Below, piece by piece: positions 22,039 through 35,409 of a stretch of 64,000 nucleotides of DNA. Below the pieces are notes generated by a model. The model did not search any database, was not told where the DNA came from, and saw nothing but the letters and a program-made list of their open reading frames with translations. Origin of the DNA: Paraspadella gotoi (lineage: Eukaryota > Animalia > Chaetognatha). The translations under genes and the position numbers were made by a program. The stretch is taken from NCBI GenBank assembly GCA_051294375.1, contig CM119268.1, positions 8,675,008 to 8,739,007 on the forward strand, written 5' to 3'. Position 1 is the first letter of the stretch, and each line of letters begins with the position of its first letter.

Positions 22039-23479
22039 TAGAACAAGATATTAATATTAAAAACGAAATTAGGATCATATCAAACTGAGGAAACGAAGAG
22101 AGAATAACAGGAAGAACCAAGGACGTTCTCGCTTTTCTGTAGCACAAAAATACGACCGTGGCGGGCGTCGTCCCCGCAGGAGGGCAATGAAAGTGGAAAA
22201 ACAAACAAGACGTGAATCGGAAGAAAGGAGGAAAGGAAAGGAAAGGAAAGGAAAGGAGATAGAATAAAAAAAAGGAGGGAAAGAAGTTTAACGAAAAATC
22301 CTTTTGTTGACCTCGGATTTACTTGAGAAAGAATTTTGTATTTTCTTGAGGCTTGACTTATCAGGGGGAGTTTTTTTTTATGGAATTATTTCTGGGATTC
22401 AAGATTTATTGAGAACTTGAGTTTCTCTTGAAAAAAACCTTTTTTTTTATCTTAAAAACACAAATGCGTGGACTTACTTTTACGGACTAGAATGAGAGAC
22501 AATTAAGCTCTTCTTTTCAAGAGCGTCATGAAAAAAAAATACCGACTGAGAGTCGCCAATGTTGTCGAAAAGAAGGAAAAACGAACCTGCGGATTCGAAA
22601 ATAACAAATCCACCTGAAAAAAAAATTTTGCGAAGATGAAAACCGGCGAAGAAAAAGACTTCGACTTCACTTCAAAACGAATGAAAGACCGAGAGCAAAG
22701 AGAGAGAGCGAAACGATAATTTTTAATCTCAAATCTTCCCAGACGCGTGAATTGAGAGCAGAAAAATTAAAGCGGACTCATAGTTGTTAAGAAAAATAAA
22801 ATAAACGAAACGGTTTGAAGAGCGCCAAACGTTAAATGTTTATCTACTTCATCTTCAGTTGCGTCCGTCAGTTTGTTTTCATTGGATTAAAAAAAAACAA
22901 AAACAAAAAGCTTTTTAATTTCGTTTCGCTTTTATTGCCGATTTCGAATCTACGAAAATAGTTTTCTCATGTCACACACGGGGGAAAAATTCTCGATCCG
23001 CCGGTCCGTTGGGACTCGGCGTTGCCCATCGAAATGGCCGAAATGTTGGCGCCAAAGGATTTCCTCGTTTTTGCGAAATGTAGATCAGAGCCGATGAGTC
23101 GTCGACATGGAAAGGTTGTTTTAAGTTGTTCACTGACGAACTGGAGGTCTCGGTTACAAATAAAAAAAGAAAAAGACTGATAGAGGACGTAGAAAAGATT
23201 GAAATTAATGAGAATGCAGAAAATGTTTTAATATTTTCTATTCTTCTTGAGATAAGTTGCAGAAAATGTTTGACTATTTTCAGGGATACTCCCAAAATTT
23301 GAGTCCAACACGCTTGGCGGAGCGAACCAACGAAGGAAAGAACAAACGGGACGATTTATATTTGACTAAAAAAAAAGGTCAAATGTCGCTATAAGTCTTT
23401 TATCAATATATATCTGGACACGAAAGGAAAGACCGAAAATCGCGTCCGAAACTGAGACTCGCGCGCGCGTGTCGAGAGG

Positions 23480-23880
23480 AAGTAGCGCGGAAAGGAAAGG
23501 GGAACTGGGGAAAGGAGAACCGGGGAAAAGAGAGGGATGACCGTGGATTATAGAGGGAGAACCGGTGGAATGGAGGAAGAACATGAGAAGGATGTGGAAG
23601 AACGGAGCGAAAAAGGAAGAGGATAAAGGGGCAACCCGGGAACGGTTGGGAGAACCGAGGAAAGGGACAGGAAACGGGAAATAGAAAAGGAGAACCAGGC
23701 GAAGGATAGGAGGATCAGGGGAAGGGAGGGAGAACCAGCGGAAAAGAGAGGAAGAACCTTGGGGATTGGAGAGGGAGGCAGAACCGAGGAAAGGGAGGAG
23801 AACCGGGATTTAGAACCAAGCGGAGGGTGGAAAAAGAAGACAGAAGAAAAGACAAGCGAGGGAGAACTGATAGAGAACAT
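23480..23880 (+). repeat. Purine-rich degenerate minisatellite with a recurring GGAGAACC core
   Basis: GAGAACCG/GAAGAACC recurs at irregular ~25-40 nt spacing within an almost pure A/G strand. Confidence 0.6.
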
Positions 23881-25515
23881 AGAAATTATGACCTTAGTTT
23901 AGAAAGAAGAATTGGGTCTTTGGGATGATGTAGAATGAGGAATGGATGGAAGAGGAAACTGGAAATTGTGGAAGAGAGATTGGAAAATGAAAATGAGGAG
24001 ACAAAAAGGATCAGGATTCTGTTCCGAGGATCCAAAGATCGGGGGCGACGAGAACAGAGCTCACAGCCGGAGTAAAATCTTTTGCCTTCCAACTTACGGG
24101 TCCGGGGTTCTGGCCCAGTTAAGTGGGACGGAGCTACAGCTTGATTCAAAGCTTAGGTATCGAACAGTTTAGTCTTTATTTCATTTCTATATTCGTGATA
24201 TATTTAAGATACATAAATGGCTTACTGCCTCGCCCATATTCGTCGTAGCACTTAGGACACGCCCTGTCACGACTTCGAACCGCGAGGACACGAGGGCGTT
24301 ATTGGTTTAGGAGGAGATAAAACAAGAGAGCATCGCTGAAACGCGGAGAAAGCTAAAACTTATAATGGCTTTCTTAATATCAGCAAGTGTAATCGATTTT
24401 CCTGGCAATTTTTTCTTAACCTTTTTCAGCGACATTTTTGTTTTTATTTTGTGAAAAGCGAATCGATACTATTTTTTGGGCGGAAATTTCGAGTCGATAG
24501 GAATCTTCTCTGTCTAAAAACAATAACTAATATGAAACGCTTTTTAAAAAAATTTTGACGTTAGCACTCACTCAATACATCAACATCGCAACAGAAAAAT
24601 AAACCGTTAACCGTCTCATAAACAAGCACAATTTCTGCAACGCGCTTGGTTTTAATGTTTTTTTTTTTCAATTTGTAAAATTAAAAAAAACACGAAATTT
24701 CACTAATGGAAAGAGCTGTGTGCCGAATTGCTCTTTTTTTTTCTCCCAATGTTTTGAATACGTATTACGTATTATCATTTTTTTTCTACAGGCTTGGGAT
24801 AGGAATAGAGCGAAAAATAAAGGGAGGGCGGCTTCTGATTAAAAGGACGCGTGCGACGAATGAGAAATTATATTTCCTCTTCGTAACCAATTACATTAAA
24901 GGCCGCGCGGAACGAGATTTCGTTCCCGTATTGGCGCCGTCTCGACGCCGGGTCGACTTTAAATCTTTAGTTTAGAAAGGGTTTTGGGTAATGGGTAATT
25001 TATCTATTTATTGGCCAGCGCGGGTCCGTAACTTTTAATTTTCACAATTCAGGAAATGGAACAGCGATAACAAGTAAGGCGTACAAGGCGTACATTTTAT
25101 CCTTTCTCTTTATCGCCCATTCGTAAATTAGGTCATTTTCCCGATCACATATCCGAGGCTCTTTAGATAAAATGGGTTTTGAATTTTATTTGTAAGATGA
25201 ATTTTGTCTTTCTCGTGAACGCACACAAAATTCACTATTGAAAGATGAAAGCTGAAAGATGTAATATTAACAAAGCAAAGTTTCAATGTCCAAAATTCTT
25301 TGAAAATTTAAGCTCTATCCAAACTGTCGGATTCCTGTTATCTTTCATTTATTTTTTTTGTAGTCCGTAAATCGTGCCTGTATTTAATTTTCAATTTTCT
25401 TGTTTACGCTCATAAGATAAGCTGATACAAAAATATCAAATCAACAGGCCTGTATAAAAGCTTGAACGTCAGACACAAAAGTCTCGCCATTTTCACTCAT
25501 AAATTTTTAACGAAG

Positions 25516-26050
25516 ATGTCGCCGCTGACCGCATTGATTTTGCTTTGGACGCTTCTGGGCGTTGGCCTCTGTTCTCCGCTGGGTAGGGCATAAATTTATT
25601 ATTTTATTATTTCAAATTTATAATTACTTCTTAAACTAAAAGAAATTGTATACAAAAATATTAGAATATAATATAATAAATTATAATTATAATATCAATT
25701 AAACAGAAGCAAACTCCTTTTTCTGATCTTTTTGTTCAAATTTAACTTTCGACAGTGGAACGTCAAATGCCGCTTGTGGCTTGCAACCGTCCTGGAGAAT
25801 GGGTCAAATCTCCTTGGGACAACTGTAATTTGTGCTTTTGTTCACACGAAGAGGTATGTAAGCTCCCTCTGAGTTTAACCGGAAGAATTTTTTTTTTCTG
25901 AAATAGAAAGAAGCGATAAACTAATTTATAAAAGTTAAAACCCGTTACCGTTAAAATTGCACTTTGTAGGTTTCAACAATTTGCACCATGCAGTCTTGTG
26001 GTAGTCGAAGAACTAAACGACAAAGAGTGATTGAAAGTGATGTGATGTGA
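25516..26050 (+). CDS. Small secreted pacifastin-like (single-domain) Cys-rich peptide
   Basis: TATAAAA at ~25453. Exons 25516-25582 (MSPLTALILLWTLLGVGLCSPL, signal-like), 25756-25853 and 25970-26050 give CNRPGEWVKSPWDNCNLCFCSHEEVSTICTMQSC-GSRRTKR. Too short for the ORF track. Confidence 0.75.
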
Positions 26051-26345
26051 CAATCCAGGTCAACAAATGAACAACTCAGTTACTGAGGCGGTAGAATGGC
26101 AGACTCCTCCAAAATTCTGATGCAAATAAACAACCCTTAAGATGACAAATTTTAATTGATTTGGATCAATTGCTAAAAGGTTTTTAAAAACTGACTAAAA
26201 TTTATTCTATGAAAATTACTGGGGTTAATTTCACATTGTAGGTAAATGGGTTCTATCTCCTTGGGACAGTTGCAATCGATGCCGTTTCGGAGAAAACAAT
26301 GTGATTGACAAATCCTGCTCCGACATATTCTGTGATAGTTCTTAA
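26046..26345 (+). pseudogene. Out-of-frame second pacifastin-like domain of the same gene
   Basis: CDNP|GKWVLSPWDSCNRCRFGENNVIDKSCSDIFC (donor 26058, acceptor 26241) parallels domain 1. It is offset by one frame and lacks Cys4. Confidence 0.6.
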
Positions 26346-27088
26346 TTCTCGAAGTACTGAAACTGAATCTGTGGTTCGATTTTTTTTTCGCTGATTATTA
26401 TGAATTAAACGAGTAAGGTGATTGTGATATGAATAAATTTATCAACGTCAAATATATAACGAATGCATTGTAACAAGTAACAGTAATAGATTAATTTCAA
26501 ATTCAATTTAAGGAATGGTATCCGGACCAAAACAGTTATCATTTCGTCGGCGAATATTTATTATTTTCCCAGAATTATTTAGAGTATTTGTGGGAAGTTA
26601 CACGGATAATGGTATAGAGAAAAATACAAAAACACATCAAAAAAAACCTTTCTGGAAAAAAAGAAAATTAATACTTTTTTAATCAATACAGTTAAAGCAC
26701 AAACGGCAAAATTTATTATTGCATAGGAAGACTGGATAATAGTAAGGTACAGAATTTAGTTTAGTAACATAACAAACTTTGAGTTATCTCGACAGTAATA
26801 ATACTAAAAATTTCAAAGAAATAGGTGGATTATAGAAAATCAACTACAATGTTTTCGTATTACTACATGTAGCGTCATCTCTTAAGTTTAAAACAGTTGA
26901 TATATTCAGGGCGAAAGGAGGTAACAAAGTAGGGTACAGGTTCGATTCGGTTTTTATTGAGTAGGGTTGTCAAAAAAAAAAATACAATTATAATCATCAA
27001 ACTTCTACTATTAACTACTTCTGCTTTTAAAACTGTCCTAAATAATAATTTCTTCAAAATTTATTTATCAGTCCTCTACCGATCCACG

Positions 27089-30000
27089 CTAAAGTTGATG
27101 CGGAAACGGCGGCGGTGGCGAAGTTGGCAAGGGCGGCGGCGGGGGCGTGCCGGATGGGGCGGGCCTGGCCGCGACGGCTGCCCCGTAGGGAGGTGGCGGC
27201 CGCAGCACGTCGCGTCGACGTTGGGCCTCCAACTGACGTGAGAGGGCCTCGCTATCGAAGTGCCACGACAACGGCCTGATGTCGCCCATCATAGCCGGCG
27301 GCGAAGGCGGTGCCGCTGGCGTCGTATATGGCGCGAAGAGCCGAGCATCGAGAGCGGCGTCAAAAGCGACCACTAAAGAATCGGCGTCGTCGTCAAGCGG
27401 CGACAACGCCGGTTGGGATTTGGCGGCGACGGAGCCGAGTCCATAAACGGCGCCTTGACGACGAGGTGCCTCGACGTCCTGCCGCGCCGCGCTGGCTCCG
27501 GGCGATCGAGCGTTGAAGGAGTGACGCCGCGAGAGAGTCGGCGTCGCGTCGTCAGCGCCGTCCGGTGGTTGCGGCGTCGTCGTCGCCGAAATAGCCGTAG
27601 ATCTTTCCAAGTTACTCGTCGACGTCGCCAACGCTTTTCGCCTGGTGGCGTCGACCACGCCAGCGGGGTGGTGCACCGGACATGCGCATGCGCAGTCCTT
27701 ACCTCCTGGTCGCGAGGCGAGGCTGGCGTCGCTGCAGAGCGCCGCCATCAGCGGCAGAGAATCTCGTTTCTCGCGAATTCGCAAAAGCTCTGAGTGAAGG
27801 CAGGAGGCGCTGCAGGAGAGCGGCTTGCCCGCCGCAGCCAACGTCATCGCCGTATGCTGCTCGGGAATGTCGTCCTCTTTGGTCTGACGAAAGTCTCTAG
27901 CGTCGCCACCCATCAGCGGCTCGAAGGCAGTCCTTCGCTGCTGCCGCGTGATCGGCGGGTGAGGTCGCGCCTGCTTCGGCATGCTGCAGGTGCGTGTCAC
28001 GGCTACCGATGACGCCCCGCCAACTCCTTGGGCGCGGCCGAGTAGCTCTAGGATGCTGAGCCGTATGCGTCGGCTGGAGGCCGGGGCGCCGTCGGCCTGA
28101 GTGACCATCGCTAATTTGGCGGCGGTCTCCATCGGAGAGTAAGCCATTTCGTCCTCGGAAATGTCCGTCGACTGCAAGGCGCTGGCGAAGCCCGAGAGCG
28201 GCACCTCGCCCGCGCCGTCGGCGATCGGCGCCGCCGTGTCCAATGCCCCTTGGTCCGATGCGGCGCGATGGAGCGAGAGCGCGGTTGGCGGCGCGCTTTC
28301 CCGCGTTCGGGGCTGAACGCGGGCCGTCGGGGAAACGAAGGACTCCGCCGCCGCCTCCGACCAGCGAGACGGCGACTCCGACGACGACGACGGAGTGAGC
28401 GTCGGTGGCGCCAAGAGGAACGACGGGATCGAAGCGTTTTGACGGGATCGTTGCTGTTGCTGCTGAATTTGAAGCTGCTGTTGCAACAAAAAGTTGGCGG
28501 AGGCTTCGGAGAGCGAATGCGGCACGCCGTCCGGAGACGACATCAACATCATGGCGGCGGCGTTAAAGTTTCCGTTGGCGCAAAGCATTCCGGAATCTGG
28601 GAGGCCGGAGCTTCCGCCGGCGACTCCTCCATGGCTGAATCTCGGCGGCGCGTAACCGTTCGGGTAAGACGTGGTCGACGACGCGCTGGCCTGGCTCGTC
28701 GTGATCGACGGAACGATGGGCACCAGTTCGTACTGCGGTTTTTGCTGCGGCTGCTGCTGATGTTGTGGCGGAAGATGCTGCGTCGCCGTGGATACAGACG
28801 ACGCCGACGTCGTCGCTGACAGACGGGAACCGGCGACCTGGAGGAAGGCGGGATTGACGGGGACGGGATACGACGACGCCGAACATCCCGTCGTGTAGAG
28901 ATTGAGGTCGTCCACGTCGACCAGAGGCATCGGCAGGGAGGTTCGAGAGCGGCGCTGGGACCCTGCGACGCTGCGCCGCCGCGAGAAGGCGCTGCAGCAA
29001 CCGGACTCTGTCGACGGAGCCAACGAGAGGCTGGCGCTGCCGTACTGGGGTGGGAGCGAGTTGCGATTGGCGGGAAAGGCGCTGGAAAAATGGAGAAAGG
29101 GGAAGAAGGACATAGTAATGTGAATTTGGTCTTATTTTATTTGTTTTATGGTTAATTTTTTTTATAATTACTATGTTTTTAAATTTAGTATTTTTCACAG
29201 TAGTTTTCAGATATTTAACAGATATTTTAACAAAAATCGTCACGCTGACAGACGGACTTACAAACGGACATACGATTTTTTTTATTTGGCGACAAAATCA
29301 CATTTTTTTAGTACCTCTCCGTTTGGCGGATGCCGCAAAACCACGTGACGCATCTCTTGCTGGAGTTGAATGGGATTCATCATGCCATACTCAGGAGGCT
29401 TTCTGTAGGGCGGAGGGTTCCCTCCCGAAGGCGATTGTTGTTGTTGTTGTTGCTGTTGTTGCTGATGTAGCTGCTGCTGTTGCAGTTGATTCAGGATATA
29501 CTGCTGTTGTAAGAGGAGCTGTTGTTTCTGCAGTTGAAGCTGTGACGCGGATCCACCGTTGGGGTGAGACGGGGGAAGTTGCTGAAACTGCGGAAGAACT
29601 GGGCTTTGCCAAGAGGATTGCAACAGTTGTTGTTGTTGCAACAATTTCTGCTGCAGCTGACGTTGTTGAGTTTGGTCCGCGCGGGGATCGCCGAGGTCAA
29701 CGCGCTCGTCCGACTGTAGCTGAAGTGGCTGCAACTGGAGTCCCGGTAACTGCTGCAGCGGGGAAGAGTATTCGAGGTAACCGTAGTGAGAGACTGGACG
29801 CGCCTTCGTCGAACCCTGCCGCGGCAGCACCGGATGCGAGGGTTCCGAGAACTGCGCCTGATGTCCCGAGGAGCCACGCTGCCTCTGCTGATCCTGCTTG
29901 GCTGCGTAAGCTCGTTGCTGCAGCTGCTGTTGTTGCTGTTGCTGCAACAAGGACGTTGCGGCTTTGTTTCCAGGATACGGCGGCGGAGGTTCGAAACCTG

Positions 30001-31917
30001 CTTCGGCGCCCTCCGTCGTGGGGAATCCGTCTACTACATCGACGCCTCGTCCACTGGATGACGCCGCCCCACCCGGCACTGACGCGACGCCCGGCGCCGA
30101 GGTCGAGTCCTCCTCGGGCAGATTTTTAAAGTCATTGGCGCCGTTGAGAGAAGCCATGCCGGATGTGGGCGTGGATTGGAGCGCCGCGGCGCCTTTGTTC
30201 AACAGTTGGTGTCGCTTTTGTTGGTGCTCGCCCGAAGCCATGATCATCGCGTAAGTGGAACCTAGAGGGGAAGAAAGGGAGAAAAGTCATAAAGAAAGGG
30301 GAAAAGAAGTCCAGGGCGGAAAGTCAGGTTAAAAAGTATCAATAAAACGCGAGGGAAATTTAAAAACAAAAAAAAAAAAACGAAAAAAAAGAGACGAAAA
30401 TGTTTCGATTTTTGGCGAAGGACTTTGACTGGCAATGACTCGAAAGATTTCAAATCAGCTTCCGGGTCTTAGAACCGGTTCTTTTCCTTTTTTTTTTAAG
30501 TCTAGGAATCCCCAGCCAATAAAAAAAGAGAATAATTCGTTTAGTCATTGGTGAATATAAAACTGCTGATTTTTATGTTAAAAGTTCGTTTCTGCAGTTT
30601 GTGAAATTGGTTTTTTTTTGGGCAAAGAGTTAACGATTTAAATTGTAATTTGTCTTGACTTGTCTTGAGGCCAATAAAATTCAAGTTAATGCAAAAATCC
30701 GATTCGTCACAAATCGCAAGTAAAAACCATTTTCTTGTCATTAGTCACTTGTCATTTGTTGTCATTGAATTGGTCACGCCCCGCTCACCGGTGCTCGATC
30801 TTTGGGACGATTGACGCGAAGATCCGAAGCTGCCGGTTCCGATCCCGGACGGCGACGCAGCCGAAGCCGCCGCTCCGAGCGCTGCCGCCGCGGCCTGCGC
30901 CGCCGCCGCGTTGGCCGCCGCCTTCTGCTGCATTCCCAGCAGGAGCGAAGCCCTGAGGGAAGAGTCCGAGCCGCGGGCGGCGGCGGCGGCGCCCGCGGTG
31001 CCCGACTGCGGGCCGGCGCCTCCAACCTCCCTCCGAAGGATGTCGCTCGCCTGTGGAGATGGAATTCGTTAATGAGTTCGGAATGTAAATCGGCGTTCGA
31101 GTGGAAACGGGATAGAAGAATGGAGATTAGAATCTGGACGGGACGATGGGAAAGGGAATTGAGAAGGGAAGCGGAATTTGAAAGGGAAGCGGAATTAAAG
31201 ACCAAAAAAAAAAAAAAAAGAAAGGGGATTAATCGTAATCTCTCAATGATGTCGAAAAAGGGAAAAGCCATGAAAATAAATCTATTAAAAAAAGTTATCG
31301 TCGAAGTTTATATATGTAATATTTTTTGAAAAAATAAAGCTGGTAGCGATAAGTGAAGTCGCGGTTACGACTGAGAGCCGATAACTAAAATATCCTATAC
31401 TCCCAATATTTTGTGAAAGATCGGGCGGGAAAGGAAAGAAAATGAAGACTTAGGAAATCGGATGAACTGGAACTGGAGAAGCGAATCTCAGCCCTCGGGG
31501 CCTCGAAAAATCAATGAGGCGCGAAGGTTTAAAAAGAATCATTCCAATTTCGAAGTCTCGGCATGCAGCCTCTCTCTAATTGCGTGTAATGCGCTTGATA
31601 TGTCGATGAAACACTGTCGATCGTTCAATAAGAAGGAATTTAACAATCGGCATAATAAAACGTAATGAAAGCAAGATGCCCTTCCTCTCAGTCCCCCCAC
31701 GATCCCTCAACTTTAGCCAACCCTTATTATCCGCCAAAAAAAATCTCACACGGCGATCGCGCGCGCGTTTTGGATATTTTTATTTCGAACGATAAAAAAA
31801 AAAAAGCCTCAAACATTCTCAACATTTTTTCGTCGTCCGTCGTCGTCGAAGCAAAAAAAAACCGGAATTCGACAAAAATGAATGATCGCGCTCGTGCGTC
31901 ACGGCGACTACAACGAG

Positions 31918-31977
<60 letters not shown>

Positions 31978-31980
31978 AGA

Positions 31981-32026
<46 letters not shown>

Positions 32027-33282
32027 GAGCAAAAACTGGAAAATAATTATCGTTGCCTTCTCACTTCGAATTTTTGGAATTCCTTGTTCGCGTGTTTGCT
32101 CTTTCTCTCGCTCTATCAATCTCTCATCGAAAATTGTTATTCAAAATATGACAATTAATGGGATTATCTGTTTTAATACACCTAATAAACTTTTTTCAAG
32201 ACCCTGAGTGAGCAAACAAAAAAAAAAAATAACAATATCGCCGAAAATAAAATTGAGCAAAAACTTTTACAAATAATCCTAATATTTTCCCGCATTCTTT
32301 CGGAGATTTATCGGAAGAGCCGAAGTCATATAGATCACAATTTTGTTTTTTTACGACAGCAAACCTTTCCCTTACCCCCGCAGAACCTCCCCTCCCCCAC
32401 TCTGTCTCTCTCCCTCACGACCTCAATTCGAGGGTTAAAAAGATTTGGCTCCGTCTCGTTTTAGTCCAAACTTCCGTGTATCGACTCTCGGGATCTAAAT
32501 ACTAACCCGCCCCCCCCTTGCCCGCCCCCTGAAAAGACAACTGCGCGACGCCTGGGCCGAGTGGAGGAATGTCGTTCGACGACGACGACGACGACGACAA
32601 CCGATCGATATTTTATTTTTTTGTGGAGGGGCGAGGATTTATGAACGGGTTTGACTGTAGGAATGAGAAAACCCGATTGAGTCAGCTAATGATCGGGGAG
32701 AGAGGGCGGCGTCTGTTCCTAGTACAGGGGTAACCGGTTTTAGCGAGATAAGAGAGGAATTAGAATCCAATGATCCGTTTTTTGAGTTTTCGTCGATCGA
32801 TACGGATTTTCTTTTTTTTTTACAGACGGATCGACGCGAGGCGAAGGAATTTTCGAAACGAACGGGCGAAGACGAAAATAATAATGATTAAACGTTCTGG
32901 TCGCCGGGGAAACGAGCGGGCGAAGAATGAAAGAACGGATTACGAAAGAATGAAAAGGGTTGGACCCGATTGGTCCAATGGAATTTTCTAAAACAATCAC
33001 AGGCAGAGTTTCTGGAAAAAGATTTTTTTATCTGGTTTTTATTGTTCAATCTTTAAAATCAATTTATAGAATAACGAAGAGTGACATTGAATGCAAGGAA
33101 CATAACAAGCAAGCCAGCCAGAAATGACCAAGGACAAAGGAAAAATGTAAGAGGCCGAATAGTAAAATGGTAAAATGGTAAAATGGTAAATGGAAAGGAC
33201 GACCGAAAGAATCTAGATCGACGCCACCGACCACCCCGCGAATCTACGTCCCTCCTTGTTTTCGCCCGGAGGAGCATTCCAT

Positions 33283-33314
<32 letters not shown>

Positions 33315-34483
33315 TTTCTCTGTCCTTCCCCCATTTAGCAATTAACATATTTTCGATATCTCGCGACGACGTAATCTGCTGACCCGAAGCGAATCGTCGT
33401 CGTCGTCATCGTCGTCTTTTTTATCTCGCGATACGAATATTTTTTGGCGTCGAATTCCTTTCATGCATCGGCGTCTGGGAGGAGGCGGAAAACAGAAGGA
33501 AATGGGGGGAAAAGGAAAAAAATGGGGGGAAGGGAAGGAGAAAAGGGGTAAAGGAAAGGGGTCAAAGCAAAGAGAAAAGGAATTAAAGGAAAGAATGTAC
33601 AAAAGAAGGAAGGAAGAAAATTGGCGGAGATGGAAAGAGGAAAAGTGAGGGAGACAAATGATGAAGGAAAAATGAGATGGAAAGGAAAAATAAGGAGAAA
33701 AAGAAAAGGATGAGAGTACGTTGAGAACGATGGGAAAAAATAGAGAGGGAGAAACGAGATAGGATAAACAGAAGTTGAAAAGAAAAGGTCAAAACGAATT
33801 AGATACGAAAAAAAGACGAAAGAAAAACTACCGCTTCAAGAGAAAGTTTAGTAACATATGAAAAGTAAAACATAAACAGTTAAAAAACAATGCCTTAAGA
33901 AGAAGAAACCACAAAGGCAAACAGAAAAAGAAAACAAGGAGTCTGATCGAAGAAAAGACTACAACCACTGAAAACCGCCCGCACCCTCACGGGATTCGAC
34001 CAGCGACTCACCTCGATGGGAAACTGCGGCTCCGGACTTCGCTGTTTGGTCGCTGCCGCAGCCGACGTAACCGACGCCGCTGACGCGCTTCCGTGACTGC
34101 GGTTGGACTGGGAATTTATTCGCGGCTTGAACAGCGGCTGCTGCTGCTCGTTGGCCATCGGCGAACCAGCTGCAGCTGCGGCGGCGTCTCCGGCCAAATG
34201 CACCGACGAAGACCTCGACGACGCCGGCGAGGCGGCGTCGACTCCGCCGCCGCCAGCGACGGAAGCGCCGGCCGAAGCGTCGACGTTGCGCAAAGTGCCG
34301 CTCGGACCCGTGGCGACACTGACGGGAAAGTCGAAGGCCTCCAGGTCGAAGTCGTCGTTGTCGAAGCTGCGCGTGAAGTGGTCGGAGACGATGCCGGAAG
34401 TGGTGTTCGACGAGGTGTTGGAGATTACCGAGACGCTGGATTGGGGAGGGCGGAAAGATTTGGGAGGGTTAGTGGAGAAGAAT

Positions 34484-34560
<77 letters not shown>

Positions 34561-35378
34561 AAAGAAGAGAAAAAAGATTAAAAAAATTCAAGGAAAACAA
34601 TGATGGCAAAGTTTGAGAAAAAAAACGTCATCTGCTGTCGTTCCTTACCGATTGTCGGGCTGAGCGTAGAAGATTGAGTCGGTGTCGGACAAAGCGTCAA
34701 GAAATGAATCGCCCGACACGCCGCTCGACATCGTCAGGCGCTTTTTCTCCTCCGTCGCCAGGTGCTTCATTTCCGCGATCTTCGGCTGCAGCGCCATCTG
34801 GAACAGATGCGTGCTGCGGCACATCTGAAAGTGGGAAATGTGGTCGTTTAAACTTAAAGTTTGTTTATGTTTGTTTACAGTACCGAGTTACCCAAATTAA
34901 TTTATGCGTAGAAACTAAATCGCGACATATCCTCCACACTGTAAATTTCAGCTGTGCCCCCTTCGCCCTCCTAATATAACCTAATATAACCTGTTTACAG
35001 TCACCGAAAACGTTCCATGTCTCACGATTCGACTTGAATTACGCACTCAACACAACCTCGGCGCAAAAATGTTGACACAAAGGATATTTTTGACTCTCTC
35101 TCTCTCTCTACTCTCTCTCTCTCTTTTCTCCTCTCTTTTTCTCTCTCTCTCTCTTCATCTGACTCTCTCTCTCTTCTCTCTCTCTCTCTCTCGAAGCTTT
35201 CTCACACATTTTCTCTCCCTCTGCCTCGTCCTTTTCTGTTTGTGTTCGGTTTTTTTTTCGTTGCGTGACGAAATAAACAGAGAGAGAGATGAGAAAGAGA
35301 GAGGAGAGAGATAGAATAGATGAGAGATGAGAGAGAGAGATGAGAGGAGAGAGATGAGGAGAGAGGAGAGAGATGATG

Positions 35379-35409
<31 letters not shown>

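Noticed and set aside
29173-30129. 318-aa plus-strand ORF opposite the poly-Q exon of expanded
   Set aside because: It is an antisense shadow of a CAG/CAA-rich coding exon.
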